In this document: positions 27,561 to 41,500 of the stretch, piece after piece
How the letters are laid out: each line of letters begins with the position of its first letter
Position numbering within the stretch: the first letter of the stretch is position 1
Source: Eledone cirrhosa
Taxonomy: Eukaryota
Length of the DNA stretch: 64,000 nt
NCBI GenBank assembly: GCA_964016885.1
Contig: OZ024740.1
Coordinates: 226,424,001-226,488,000 of the forward strand
Reading direction: 5' to 3'
Position numbers and translations under genes: made by a program
Notes under the pieces: generated by a model
What the model was told of the DNA's origin: nothing
What the model saw: the letters and a program-made list of their open reading frames with translations, nothing else
Database searches by the model: none

Positions 27561-28129
27561 TGAAAAATTAGAGATTTTCAAAGGTTTACACAGGGAATGG
27601 TACTGTTTGTCTATCTGTTGTTGTTTTTCCATTGTCTTTGTCCTTTTGAATTCATATTCTAAAGACATAGCATGTGGGTTTTTTAAAACTATATATATAT
27701 ATATATATACAATACATAAACAGAGAAAGCCTTAAGCTATACTCTGACCAACTCCATTTCACTCAACAAACATTAGGATATACTTAAGTATTATCCCAAT
27801 TTAGTGTTTGGGGTGCTAACTAATCAGTATTTCGTGGATAATTGGTTGTATTATTTTATATGAGACATGGGCGGTGGATTTGCAGTATCGGTAAAGGGTC
27901 GGACGCCATGCTTTCCAGCATAGTTACGTCCCTTTACGATCTGAGTTCAAATCCCGCCAACGTTGACTTTGCCTTTCATCCTTATGGGGTCGATAAAATA
28001 AAGTACCAGTAATGCACTGGGTAATTGCTGGCCTTGTGCCTAAAGTAGAAACAATTATTTTATATGAGACATTATTAAATAAATATTTCATTTCTTCCAG
28101 ACGGCCATTTTGTTATAAGATTTCTACAA

Positions 28130-28220
28130 TTTGGGATAAATAATTTCCAGGTTATGTAGAAACTTGTATATAATCCATAGTTTTATACACAAGCGGGCTC
28201 TTATAAACTCATCAGTGGAT
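28130..28220 (-). ncRNA. Degenerate hammerhead motif
   Basis: Minus strand CTGATGA-gtttat...cttgtgtataa...ttatatacaag...ataacctg-GAAA-ttattta-TC. Confidence 0.4.
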
Positions 28221-28712
28221 GCCCAATCAATAACGATATGAGAATTATATCGACATTAACAGAATGGTGATGGTCTCCCTCAGCGCTAAGAAGAGACTGG
28301 TAGATTAGAATCCAGCAGTTCTATCAAAGAAAAAATACACACTGCCCCCAAAAGGGTAAAGGGAGGTCATCTTAAAATAAAACAATATACACGCTGGTCA
28401 ATTAAACCTGTTAGGTATTAACCATGTGTATATATATATATATAGGAACCAGTAAGACCCCGACGGCTGAGCTCAAGCCGTTTCGACGGCTAATTCCGAA
28501 CCATAATTCTAGTCCAGAATTAGCTGTCGAAACAGCTTGAGCTCAGCTGTCGGGGTCTTACTGGTTCCTATTACCCACTCTACTACCCTAAGTATTGAGT
28601 ACTTTGGTGCGTTATGGTCCACCTGGTTCCTTACCACATTTCCTTCGTTATATATATATATATATATATATCACCAATCTGGCCTCCTGTCATTTTATTC
28701 AACTATATATAC

Positions 28713-28746
<34 letters not shown>

Positions 28747-29069
28747 GGTCCTGGAGTATTGAGAGTTAATGCTGTCTTCAGTCTTCAGTTAAATTTGAGT
28801 CATAGCAGAAAAGAATATAACAAAATGTTCTAAGGTTTGATATTCTATTTCTTGTATTTATCAACATATCACACAGTACCAGCTTAATATTTGCAACAAA
28901 TATGCTTCGTCGAATGTCACTTAACTCAGCTAATTCTGTTACAAAAAATTTAGACAATTTTAATTTGCTTCTTTGTATTTAAAAACATTTTTTTAAGTAC
29001 CACCAATGCTTCCTATGTTTTGTTTTATTAATTCCCTCATAACATTATATACATAAAAATCATATATAC

Positions 29070-29297
29070 AGTTTACTCAGCTGTAGAAATGAGATGATAG
29101 GGACTGGGGTCCATATCATTCCACTGCAAAGTGGTCGTGGAGGTGCCACGGCAAAAAAGCACCCAGCACTCACTGTAAATGAGGTTGGTGTTAGGAAGGG
29201 CATCCAGCTGTAGAAATCAAGCCAGAATCAGTTCACGTCCCACCCTTGCAAGCAGAGAAAAGCGGACGTAAAATGATGATGATGATGATGATGATGA
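29070..29297 (+). mobile_element. 5'-truncated CORE-type SINE with RTE-derived tail
   Basis: Matches 55431-55655; ends cccacccttgcaagcagagaaaagcggacgtaaaatgatgat. Confidence 0.85.
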
Positions 29298-29427
29298 TAT
29301 ATATATTTGTAATAATTAGGTAGAGCTAACCATCCAAGATATGGAACAATACATTCATAGGACAAGTTTAATATAATTATTAAGGCCATATATTACAACA
29401 GCGCCATACCCGGTATGGTACTGTTGT

Positions 29428-30019
29428 AGAAACTGGCTTTAACAATTGTTTCTACTTTAGGCACAAGGCCAGCAATTATCCCAGTGTATTACTGGTACTT
29501 TATTTTATCGACCCCGTAAGGATGAAAGGCAAAGTTAACCTCGGTGGGATTTGAACTCAAACCATAAAGGGCCATAACTCTTTAATGCAAAGCATGGCGT
29601 CTACCGATACTGCCAATCCACCGCCCGAAACTGGCTTTAATAATAATTGTTTCTACTTTTGGCACAAGGCCAGCAATTTCCCAGTGTATTACTGGTACTT
29701 TATTTTATCGACCCCGTAAGGATGAAAGGCAAAGTTAACCTCGGTGGGATTTGAACTCAAACCATAAAGGGCCATAACTCTTTAATGCAAAGCATGGCGT
29801 CTACCGATACTGCCAATCCACCGCCCGAAACTGGCTTTAATAATAATTGTTTCTACTTTTGGCACAAGGCCAGCAATTTCCCAGTGTATTACTGGTACTT
29901 TATTTTATCGACCCCGTAAGGATGAAAGGCAAAGTTAACCTCGGCGGGATTTGAACTCAGAATGGCAAAGCATGCGTCAAAGCATGGCGTCCGACCCTCT
30001 ACCGATACTGCCAATCCAC
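29428..30019 (-). repeat. Three tandem Meta-type SINEs, 200-bp period
   Basis: The first two units are near-identical and share a head deletion; units are separated by gaaactggctttaa. Confidence 0.9.
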
Positions 30020-30200
30020 TAATAATATATATTATATATATATATTATATATATATATATATATAAGGGAGTGTAACGTGCAGAGTAGGGCCAAATTGAT
30101 ACAGATCGAACCTTGAACTGATCAATAGCGAAACTAACGTCACCAATCAATAAACATAATGAAGATATAACAAATCATCCTTTTATTATTATATATATAC

Positions 30201-30284
<84 letters not shown>

Positions 30285-30513
30285 AAGAAAAACTTAAACC
30301 GTTGAGGTATCTTTTCTTGGTTATGTCAAAATTTATAAAATAAACTTTGTATTTTATCTGATGAAAGCATACCAAAGTTTTAGTACCCTTGAATATATAT
30401 AATAGAATAAATATGGTTTTATAAATATAGTTTCCATTTATTTAATATCATTGTACATATATATATATATATATATAGGTGTAAGGAGTGTACATAAGCA
30501 TGTATGTATGTAC

Positions 30514-30547
<34 letters not shown>

Positions 30548-30747
30548 AATATATTCTGTCAGCCAAATGGGGAGTTTACAATGATTCTAGTAATGACTAC
30601 TTTTTCCTCATTTATTATCACTAATAAACACAAACATACCTATCTGTCAGCTTCAGCAAACCTCAAGTCATATGAAATTAGTAAATTGTATATTGTATGT
30701 CTTTAAACTTACAACCCAACATTAACATCTGTCTCTCCTCTCTCTGC

Positions 30748-30841
<94 letters not shown>

Positions 30842-31254
30842 TTATATATATATTTATATGACTGGCTTGGCACTTTCATGTCAGTAATTCCACCCATTTC
30901 CTCTTGCTTTTCACCTGTCTAGCCCATTGCTGCCAAGAGTGTAATAAATAATATACATAACATTTAGCAGGACTAAACCAGCCATTTGATCTAAAGTAAT
31001 CTACACCCCATATCACTGACCACTCCCAGAGAAAACTAAAACAAAAGACTTTTATGATTTTTTGCTTTGACTGTCTGCCCATATATGGACTGTGCCCCTT
31101 GATAAGTTCAGCTAGATTCCTGCCGTTCGAATACTAGCACTTTAGTTCTGATCTAGCAGTCGAAATGGCTGGAGCTCAGCTGTCGGGGTCCTGAATCTTT
31201 TCATATATATATATATATTCATAGGGATGATATATATATATATATATATATTCA

Positions 31255-33430
31255 TTGTTTAACGTCCATCTTCCACAATAGCATAGGTTGGATGGGTTTG
31301 TCCTATTTAGACGCAAGTTGGGTCAGGTGACTGTGTCTCGCTCATATAGGACTGTTTCTGGCTGGTTTTCTATGGCTGGATGCCCTTCCTAATACCAACC
31401 ACATTTACAGTGTGTGCTGGGTGCTTTTTGTCGTGATATCTACTCGACCACTTTACAGTGTGGGCTGGATGTTTTGTGGTACCAACATAATATGTATATA
31501 CACACATGTATATATGATGATAATGATGATGATATAGATATATATATTTGTGTGTATATACATATATCACCACCGTTTTACATTTATTTTTCCATGCTAG
31601 CATAGGTTAGATGAGTTGTCCTGTTGTGGGCAATGCTAGTTTAGGTGACAATGTCTTGCACATACAGAACTGATTATAGCTTGGTTTCTACAGCTGCAGG
31701 CCTTTCCTAACATTAACCTCATTTACAGCGAGTACTGGGAGCATTTTGTCGTGACGCTTACATGACAAATTTACAGTGTGGACTGGGTGTTTTTGTCGTG
31801 ATACAAGCATGAACACTTTACACTGTGGGCTGTGCATTTTTTGCTGTGTCACCATCACGACCACTTTACAGTGTGAGCTGGGGGCTTTACTGGATGCATT
31901 TACGTTGGCCTGTCTTCATGGGGATGTATGGAGGGGGGTTGTGGCATACTGTATATATGCTTCAACTTTTGCCCATGGGAAGTCAGGTTTTCTGTATTAC
32001 TGTGTATTGCCAGAGATCTTGGTCCTGTATCATCGCCTTTGAGAGGTGCAATTGGGCAAGGTCAGCTTGGGTCTCCTCATTCCAAGGCTTCCATTGACTT
32101 TGAGCACTCTGCACCTTTTTATGCAGCCATCATCCTTCATAAACATCACGTGTCCATACCAATGCAATCTCCTCTCCTGCACACAACATTTGATTACTTT
32201 TATGCCTACTTTCTTTCTCTGATCATTTATGCTTCATTGCAATCATATATTACTATTACACATCCATTGGAGCATGCAAACTTCATTTCTTTCCAATCTA
32301 CGCAAGTCTTCTACAGACAACGCCCAGGTTTCACTACCATGTAACATTGCTGTTTGTATACACACATCATACAGTCTACCTTTCATTCTGAGGGAGAAGC
32401 CTTCTGTAGCCAGCAGTGGTAGTAGTTCCCTGAACTTCCTCCATCCCATTCTTACTCTGGCTACTGTATTTTCAGAACACACACTACCTCTGCTAATTCA
32501 GTCACCTAAGCAGCAGAAGCTGTCTAATGTTTCCACAGAGCCCTCCCAGAATTTGGTAATGCTTGTTCCCTGTGGTCGTTTGCTGCTAAATGTCCCGGTG
32601 CAACTGCTACATTCTTAGCTAAACTTTCTGAGATCCCACTACATCGCTTGTGTACCCATAGTTTGCATATGGGGTAGAGGATGGAGTTTGTACCTACACC
32701 TTTCCTACATGCTGAGCAAGGCCATTTCCGCAAGGGGATCTGGGTTCTGTTTTCTCTTCTTCTTACTAGGGCCTTAGTCTTTGTCAGGTTAACTTTAAAA
32801 CCCCTTCTTTCTAGGTTCTGCTTCCATGTTTGGAATTTCTGCTCTAGTCCCTACGATAGATTCAGCTATGAGTGTAAGATCATGCACGTACAGAGGTTCC
32901 CATTGGCAGCTGGTCTTAAACTCCTCTGTTTAAGCCTGCAGAATGATAATAAACAGGCATGGGCTATGAACAGAGCCCTGGTGGATGCCAACTTGTACAC
33001 TAAATTCTTCACTATAGTCATTGTTAATCCTAACTTTGCTGACTGCTCCCCTATAGGCTTGTACAGCTTTCACAATCCACTCATCTGCTCCTAGTTTTCT
33101 AAGAGCCCACCAGATTATGTCATGGGGCAATCTGTCAAAAGCTTTTTCCAGGTCAACAAATGCCAGATAGAGCGGCTTGCTTTTAGCTGGGTACTTTTCC
33201 TGTAACTGTCTCACAATTAAGAGGGCATCAGTGGTGCTTTTGCCTGGTTCAAATCCAAACTGCTTCTCATCTAGATTTACCCTGTCCTTATTCAACTGTG
33301 CTATGGCTCTTTCTGTTACATTCATGACCTGGTCCATCAGTTTTATACCTGTATACGTTCCTCTATCTAGTGCATTTACTTTACCCTTGTAGCAATTGAC
33401 AATGATGCTGCTGCACCAATCATTTGGTAT
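31255..33430 (-). mobile_element. Decayed 5'-truncated RTE LINE
   Basis: YKGK...QFGFEPGKSTTDA...AFVDLEKAFDR...GIHQGS; frameshifts; 3'UTR with internal repeats. Confidence 0.92.
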
Positions 33431-33459
33431 ACACACACATATATATGTATATATATATA

Positions 33460-34389
33460 TCTATATATATAAAACTGAGGATGTCTGTCTGTGTGTGTGT
33501 GAGTTTGAATCCCTAAAGCTCGAGAACCACCCAGCCGACTGTTTTCAAACTTTACACATGTAATACTTATGTGTCAGGGAATGTTCTGAGCAAAAACGAT
33601 TTCAAAATTTCAATGCCTTAGGGACCGCATTACGTGATTTAGTGATCTCTCCTCTCTATAATTCTTAGTCTTTCTCTTTTTAGATAGATACATACATATA
33701 ACGGCGCACCCGTATAATATCTGTCTGTATGTCTGGCTGTCTGCATTACGTCAATTCCCTGAGGATGACTGTCTGTGTGTGTGTGTGTGTCTGTGAGTTT
33801 GAATCCCTAAAACTCGAGAAGTACCCAACCGATGTTTTTCAAATTTTACATGTGTATTACTTATGTTTCAGGCAGTGTTATGCACATAATTCAACATTTT
33901 GATCTCCTAGGACCTGCAATAGGTGAAAAACTGCGTTTTTAAGCTTTTTAGGGGTTTTTTGAGGCGTTACGTCTGACCGATTTCCTTGAAATTGTAACTC
34001 TGTATTAGTCAGTCTCTTCTTCATACCACGAGCAAACAAAATCCAACTTTTTTTTATGGCCTAGGGCTTGCATTAGGTGAAAAACTTCATTTTTTCAGCT
34101 TTTTAGGGATTTTTGGAGGCGTTACATCTAGCCGATTTTCCCGAAATTTCAAAGCTTATTATGCACATTAAAAAAATTCATTTTCTTGATCTCCTAGGGC
34201 CCGCATTAGGTGAAAACCTGCATTTTTTCCTGCTTCATCGAGGAAAATCTTAAAGATTATCCAGCCATCAGAGTATTCGGTTTATTTTCTTTACATATTG
34301 TCCAGGCATGCAGTTTTCCACGATTAGGTCTGTTGGCGGCCAGCGTTCCAAAGTACCTTATCCCGTGCAACGCCGAGTACCACTGCTAG
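33460..34389 (+). mobile_element. Non-autonomous Helitron
   Basis: 5' a|TCtatatatataaaa; 3' GC-rich hairpin cccgtgcaacgccgag then CTAG|t; no TSD; internal sub-repeats. Confidence 0.8.
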
Positions 34390-34676
34390 TACTTTACAAA
34401 TTACAATGAAACAGTGTTTAATAACATTTAATTACTAACGATCATTTCATCCAAGCACAAGGCCAGAATCATTGGAATATAAATCAAAAGTATTATATTT
34501 ATTATTTTACATCGAGCTACTCTCATACTGGTAATTGGATAATATCCCGCCGAGGTTGACTTTGCCTTTCATCCTTACGGGGTCGATAAAATAAAGTACC
34601 AGTAATGCACTGGGTAATTGCTGGCCTTGTGCCTAAAGTAGAAACAATTAATATTACCCATATTATTTATATATCT

Positions 34677-34748
<72 letters not shown>

Positions 34749-34780
34749 TAATACAATTATATTGTGTATATATATATATA

Positions 34781-35217
<437 letters not shown>

Positions 35218-36465
35218 TATAGGATTATCCAAGATGTAGTGATGGTTAATTACTACACTGGATATGGTTGACGTACGGTAAGAGGTTACTCTACGAGTTA
35301 TGGAAGAATTGTTCAAGAAACTTAGTTCCTGATCCTTCAGTATTCCGGAGTGTATATAAAGAATGAATAATAACAGGTAGACATCATAAAAGGTAGTTTA
35401 TTCCGTGTGCTTACAAGTGTTTCCACGGTGGTGCTGCAGCCTAGTTCCGCTACGTGCAAATTCACAAGTATTTGCAGAACTCGAATATCCAATGCTGTGA
35501 CCACTGTTTCCTCAGAGCAGAATGGTAAATATACAATGTAAAAACCCTTAAGTGGGGTTGTTGGGGAAGATAGAGTGGAACAGGAAGAGAGAAAAGTGGG
35601 GAAGAAGGAGAGAGAAGGAAAGATATGCAGGGGTTGGAGAAGTAGGAGAGAGTGGCTTGTAGATATCTTAATCAAAATGTTATGGTAGGGGTTTTATTAG
35701 TTACTTTTGGAGAGATGCGTAGATAGTTGAGGTCGGAATTATTTATTGCCCCAGAGGGCAGGTTCATAAATGTTGAAAGGGAGGTAGGTCAAAGGTGAGA
35801 GAGAGTGTAATGGATGTAGAGAGAGAGATATGTGTGGTGAGTGAACTTTTGGTTTTGTAGTAGTATTCTAGGAGTTGTACTGAGTTACCATGTATAGTGA
35901 TAAGCAGTGTATTGTCTTGTAGTGTGGGGGGAAGAGAAGGTTGTTAGCTAGAAAGTGGTGTTGTAGTTACGGGTTCGAATGTTAAGTTATTTTATAGTGA
36001 GATTTTAGCTTTTAGTTTGTGGTTGCAGTATAATGATCGTTCAATTCTATCGTTAAGTAGTTTGTTTTTGGATTTTAGTATGTAAAATAGCTCAAGGTTA
36101 CACAACCTGCAGTACTTCAAACCACTCCGATATGCATTTGCGCTGGAAAGTATATCCCATTTTAAGGTGAACTGTTGGTTGTGTTCACGGAGTTGCCAGG
36201 TCTTGTTGGCGAGCGTGGTCACAAAACGGTGATTCTGATGTTTGATTGAGAATCGATGACGGTACCAGCGAGATTTAAACGATGTGGTGGTAGATCCGAT
36301 ATAATACCATTTCTGGTCGTCCGATTCAACCGTGCATTGGTAAACAATGTTGGACTTTAGGCATTCATTCTGCAATGGACATCTTTCAGGTAGATGGCAG
36401 TTACATGCTTTGTTGTGGGTAGCGGGTATACCATGGATAGGTTGTGATAGCGGTACAGGTGGGTT

Positions 36466-38129
36466 GTGCAATTTAAATTATGGGGCAACACTAGCGAAGC
36501 AATTCGCTGGCTTAATAATGTTAAGAATAAGAATAAATCTAAGTTTATACAATTTGACATAGACGAATACTACTCTTCCATCTCACCAAGCACTTTACGT
36601 AAGGCCCTATCGTTTGCTAAGACCAATTCCGACCTAACGGAGGACGAAATTAATATTATTCTCGAGGCTAGAAAAACCATTATTAAGTTCGATAACTGCT
36701 ACTGGGAACGTAAGGACAGACCCACAAATTTCGATATTACCATGGGTTCCAACGACTCGGCGGAGGTCACGGATCTCGTGGGAATTTACATAGCCCACAT
36801 ATTACATAGTAGATTTAGTAATTTTCAAGGGGATATATACAGAGATGACGGGCTCTTATTAGTTAATAACTTGAATAACCAAAATCTTGAAAGGCTACGG
36901 AAAAATATTAGAAAATCTTTTAGTGAACTGGGTCTAAAAATAACATACGAATACAATCTTAAGGTAGTAAACTTTCTGGACGTAACTCTTAATTTAAATA
37001 CCGGACAGATACGACCCTTCCACAAGGTAAATGAGAACCTTACGTATATTGACTTTAACTCTAACCACCCACTCTCCATGATCAAATCAGTTCCCCGGAG
37101 TATTTCTCTTAGAATCTATCGCCTATCGTCTAACTGCTATTTTTAGCGAACATGCTGAATACTACAATAATGCATTAAGGAATGCTGACCACCGGGATAC
37201 GATAGAATACATCGATAGTAATTTCCACAACACGCATAGCTCTACACGTAATCAAGGTATACGTAACCGGGGGACTAAAACACAAGCACACACACACTGT
37301 ACTACCAGACATACTAATAATAGAAGATCACCACCAAATAAATCACGTTGTAGAAAGTATATCTGGTATAATCCTATTTTTAATGCCTCGATTAGTACAA
37401 AACTATCTCTTTCATTCTTTAAATTAATCAATAAACACTTCCCTAGTTCCCATAAGTACAGCAAAATTCTGAACTCCAAAACTATTAGACTATCATACTC
37501 CACGGCACCAAACCTTGAAGCATACATAAAAAAAACTTAACTTAAGGCAATTAAACAACTCTACAAAACAAAACATTTTAGTAACAGATGGGCAGAACGC
37601 AATATCTGCCTCCCAACCACTAAATGGGAGACGGGTATTGCACAACCCACCTGTACCGCTATCACAACCTATCCATGGTATACCCGCTACCCACAACAAA
37701 GCATGTAACTGCCATCTACCTGAAAGATGTCCATTGCAGAATGAATGCCTAAAGTCCAACATTGTTTACCAATGCACGGTTGAATCGGACGACCAGAAAT
37801 GGTATTATATCGGATCTACCACCACATCGTTTAAATCTCGCTGGTACCGTCATCGATTCTCAATCAAACATCAGAATCACCGTTTTGTGACCACGCTCGC
37901 CAACAAGACCTGGCAACTCCGTGAACACAACCAACAGTTCACCTTAAAATGGGATATACTTTCCAGCGCAAATGCATATCGGAGTGGTTTGAAGTACTGC
38001 AGGTTATGTAACCTTGAGCTATTTTACATACTAAAATCCAAAAACAAACTACTTAACGATAGAATTGAACGATCATTATACTGCAACCACAAACTAAAAG
38101 TTAAATTCTCTCACTATAAAATAACTTAA
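36466..38129 (+). pseudogene. Frameshifted PLE RT-GIY-YIG ORF
   Basis: Frame breaks near 37140 and 37530; CNC..CPL..C linker, IVY..YIG, CRLC and a terminal LLN...CNH. Confidence 0.9.
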
Positions 38130-38587
38130 CATTCGAACCCGTAACTACAACACCACTTTCTAGCTAACAACCTTCTCTTCCCCCCACACTACAAGACAAT
38201 ACACTGCTTATCACTATACATGGTAACTCAGTACAACTCCTAGAATACTACTACAAAACCAAAAGTTCACTCACCACACATATCTCTCTCTCTACATCCA
38301 TTACACTCTCTCTCACCTTTGACCTACCTCCCTTTCAACATTTATGAACCTGCCCTCTGGGGCAATAAATAATTCCGACCTCAACTATCTACGCATCTCT
38401 CCAAAAGTAACTAATAAAACCCCTACCATAACATTTTGATTAAGATATCTACAAGCCACTCTCTCCTACTTCTCCAACCCCTGCATATCTTTCCTTCTCT
38501 CTCCTTCTTCCCCACTTTTCTCTCTTCCTGTTCCACTCTATCTTCCCCAACAACCCCACTTAAGGGTTTTTACATTGTATATTTACC

Positions 38588-38711
38588 ATTCTGCTCTGAG
38601 GAAACAGTGGTCACAGCATTGGATATTCGAGTTCTGCAAATACTTGTGAATTTGCACGTAGCGGAACTAGGCTGCAGCACCACCGTGGAAACACTTGTAA
38701 GCACACGGAAT
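38588..38711 (+). ncRNA. Hammerhead ribozyme in the Penelope pLTR (mirror copy 35400-35523, -)
   Basis: attc-tgct-CTGAGGA-aacagtggt...accaccgtg-GAAA-cacttg-TA-agca-cacg-gaat; extended stem II; runs into aataaa. Confidence 0.75.
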
Positions 38712-38750
38712 AAACTACCTTTTTATGATGTCTACCTGTTATTATTCATT

Positions 38751-38794
<44 letters not shown>

Positions 38795-39065
38795 TAAAAC
38801 ATGTCTATAGAATCACTAGATAAAAGATATACCGTTTCCTCTCCCAATTAGCATAATTAACCATATAAAAATCAATTAGACCAAGCTATAAGAATAAAGG
38901 CTCCTATGAAGAAATCTCCAACACATAACCGAAAGCAGCCCCTTCACAGTGGTTACGACGGAGTATTTATCGAACATTTCTACAGCATGTATAAATCGAC
39001 CAGATATACTGTCAACTAAACAGAATTAGGTGTAAAATAAGCTAGAAGAAATGTATTCATATTTA

Positions 39066-39148
39066 ATTACCTCTACCATGGTTTCGTCCGCATTTTAAGA
39101 CATCCGATAACATAGGATATCTAGAGCTCCGGATTCATCAGCATAATA
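39066..39148 (-). ncRNA. Minimal hammerhead in a separate PLE-terminus-like cassette (about 38790-39148)
   Basis: CTGATGA-atccg...cggac-GAAA-ccatgg-TA; palindromic stem III; stem I only partial. Confidence 0.7.
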
Positions 39149-40135
39149 ACTTTACATTGAAAGGGGCATTGTGGATGGGGTGGGGGTGGTGACACGGGGG
39201 TGTATTTTGTTAGAGATGCCTACTGACTGTAGTAGGTTTTACTTTGTATTTAGGTAAGGCGGGTCTTCTCTATTACTGAGTACCGCCAAAGGTCTCGGTC
39301 CAGTGACATTGTCTTGGAGAGGTGTAAGCGTGTGAGGTCGGAATTTATCAAGTCATCCCAGGTTTTTCTGGGTCTGCCTACTCCGTGGCTACCCTCTATC
39401 TTTATTGCCCTGCACTTTGTTATACAGCTGTCGTCTTTCATGCGCATTACGTGACCATACCAACGTAGCCTTCTCTCGAGTAAACAACATCTGATCCCTC
39501 TTATTTCTAATTTTTTCCTTAGTTCGTTTATGCTTTGCCATTCACGTATATTACTATTACACATCCAGCGGAGCATGCAAGCTTCGTTCCTCTCTAGTCT
39601 GCATATATCCTCTGCACACAATGCCCAGGTCTCACTGCCATGCAGCATTGCTGTTCGTATGCAGGCATCATACAACCTGCCTTTCATTTTTAGGGAGAAC
39701 CCTTTAGCGGCTAATAGTGGTATAAGCTCTCTGAACTTTTTCCATCCAGTTCTGACTCTAGCTACTGTACTTTCAGAGCACCCTCCCCCACTGCTGATTT
39801 TGTCACCCAGGTAACGGAAGCTGTCCACTATTTCTATAGAACCCTCTGCGCAATTGAAAGAGCTAGTATTTTGTGGGCACTTGCTGCTACTTATTGCACC
39901 AGAGCACCGGCCACATGTAAAATCTATGTTCTTAGTTAGCTTACCTGTGATCCCACTACAGCTTTTATGCACCCATACTTTGCATTTAGGACATAAAATG
40001 GAGTTTCTACCTACGCCTTTCCTACACACTGAGCATGGCCATTTCCCGGAAGGGACAGCCGCCTTATTTTCTTTCCTACAAACTAGAACTTTAGTCTTAG
40101 CCAGGTTAATTTTAAGGTCTTTTGATTCTAGTCCG
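39144..40135 (-). mobile_element. 5'-truncated RTE LINE with clipped 3'UTR
   Basis: Open frame from [17 protein letters not shown] to IEKTRLT; highly similar to 58690-59680. Confidence 0.93.
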
Positions 40136-40157
40136 TGATATATTAATACAATTATAT

Positions 40158-40208
<51 letters not shown>

Positions 40209-40212
40209 ATAT

Positions 40213-40281
<69 letters not shown>

Positions 40282-40289
40282 CATACATA

Positions 40290-40320
<31 letters not shown>

Positions 40321-41123
40321 GCATACATATATATGTATGCGTGTACATAGGTATACATCTTAACAATAGTGGCATATTGTAATTAATGAAACAACATGCA
40401 ACACTGTATTTTGAATAATATTTATGATAATTACAATTACATTGACAACCTTCCTACGTTCATCTGCACTGTAAAAACGGCATACTATACATATATATAC
40501 ATATATATATATATATTCATAAGTTGCTTAAAATATACACTGCAAATAATATAAGTATAAATGTGTATTTTATACAAATATAAAAAGAAAGAAAATATAA
40601 CATATACATTTCTCTACATTTCCAGTTATCAAAAATTTAGTAATGGAAAATCCATAAGAAATTCAAATTAGAGAAAAATGTATTCTTCTAATAAATTATC
40701 ATCTATTTATTAGTTTGTCTACAAACTTTGCATTTTATTTTAATATGCTAAAAATCCTATTTATGACAATCTTTAATAATTTTTCCTTCATTTATTTATT
40801 TTATTTTATTTATTTATTTATTTTTATTTGTTTATTTATTTATATATTTTATATATATATTTTATATATATATTTGTGTGATGAAAATATATGAAAGATT
40901 AAAATATGATAAAATAGAGATGGCTTAATATGAAATAGTTCAAGTATCCATTTAAATTTAAAAAGTATTTCAAATATTTGTGCCAATAATTTCTAATGTA
41001 AATATGCAAATTTGAACACCTATTCAACAACTAACAGCATGGAATGAAGCAAGAGGAAAGTAAAAGAGAATTTAAGTTTATAAAAAGAAGCAAAATATAG
41101 AAGAAAACACATGGAATTTTTAC

Positions 41124-41500
41124 CATTTTATAAACTTCTAGAAAGCTACAGCCGTGTATTTATTATCTAGCTTATCTCCATATGCTCACATACAAATTCC
41201 AGCTTGGAGTTTTGTTGTTGCTGTAGCTAGCAGCAGCAATGAATGCACTGGTGGTCGCTGTGATTGAGTGGTAGAGGTGTGTGTGTTGGCTGTGGTGTAA
41301 GTAGTGATGGTGTGGTGTTGGTGGCAAGAAAGGAGGCAGTAGTAGAGGAGAACATTATTTTTTGTTTTATTATTTTATCGATATTTGTCACATTACAAAT
41401 GCACACAACCAGCACATCTCCCTCCTCCATTCTGATCTTCACTCCTGCTGTTAGAAGGTTTGATCCACATATGACTCACTGGCACTCACATTTCTATTAA
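41124..41500 (-). promoter_or_regulatory. Possible first exon / promoter island
   Basis: Unique GC-richer island; minus strand ends tataaaATG|gtaaaa; TGACTCA (AP-1 consensus) at about 41472. Confidence 0.25.

Noticed and set aside
30110-30145. Hammerhead-like ctgatca-atagc-gaaa-ctaacgtc
   Set aside because: Stem II cannot form and the core is altered; the similar motif near 24248 is also too weak.
35337-35675. 112-aa ORF duplicated at 38436
   Set aside because: Falls in the Penelope 3'UTR/pLTR, shows no protein motif, and is duplicated only because of the inverted repeat.
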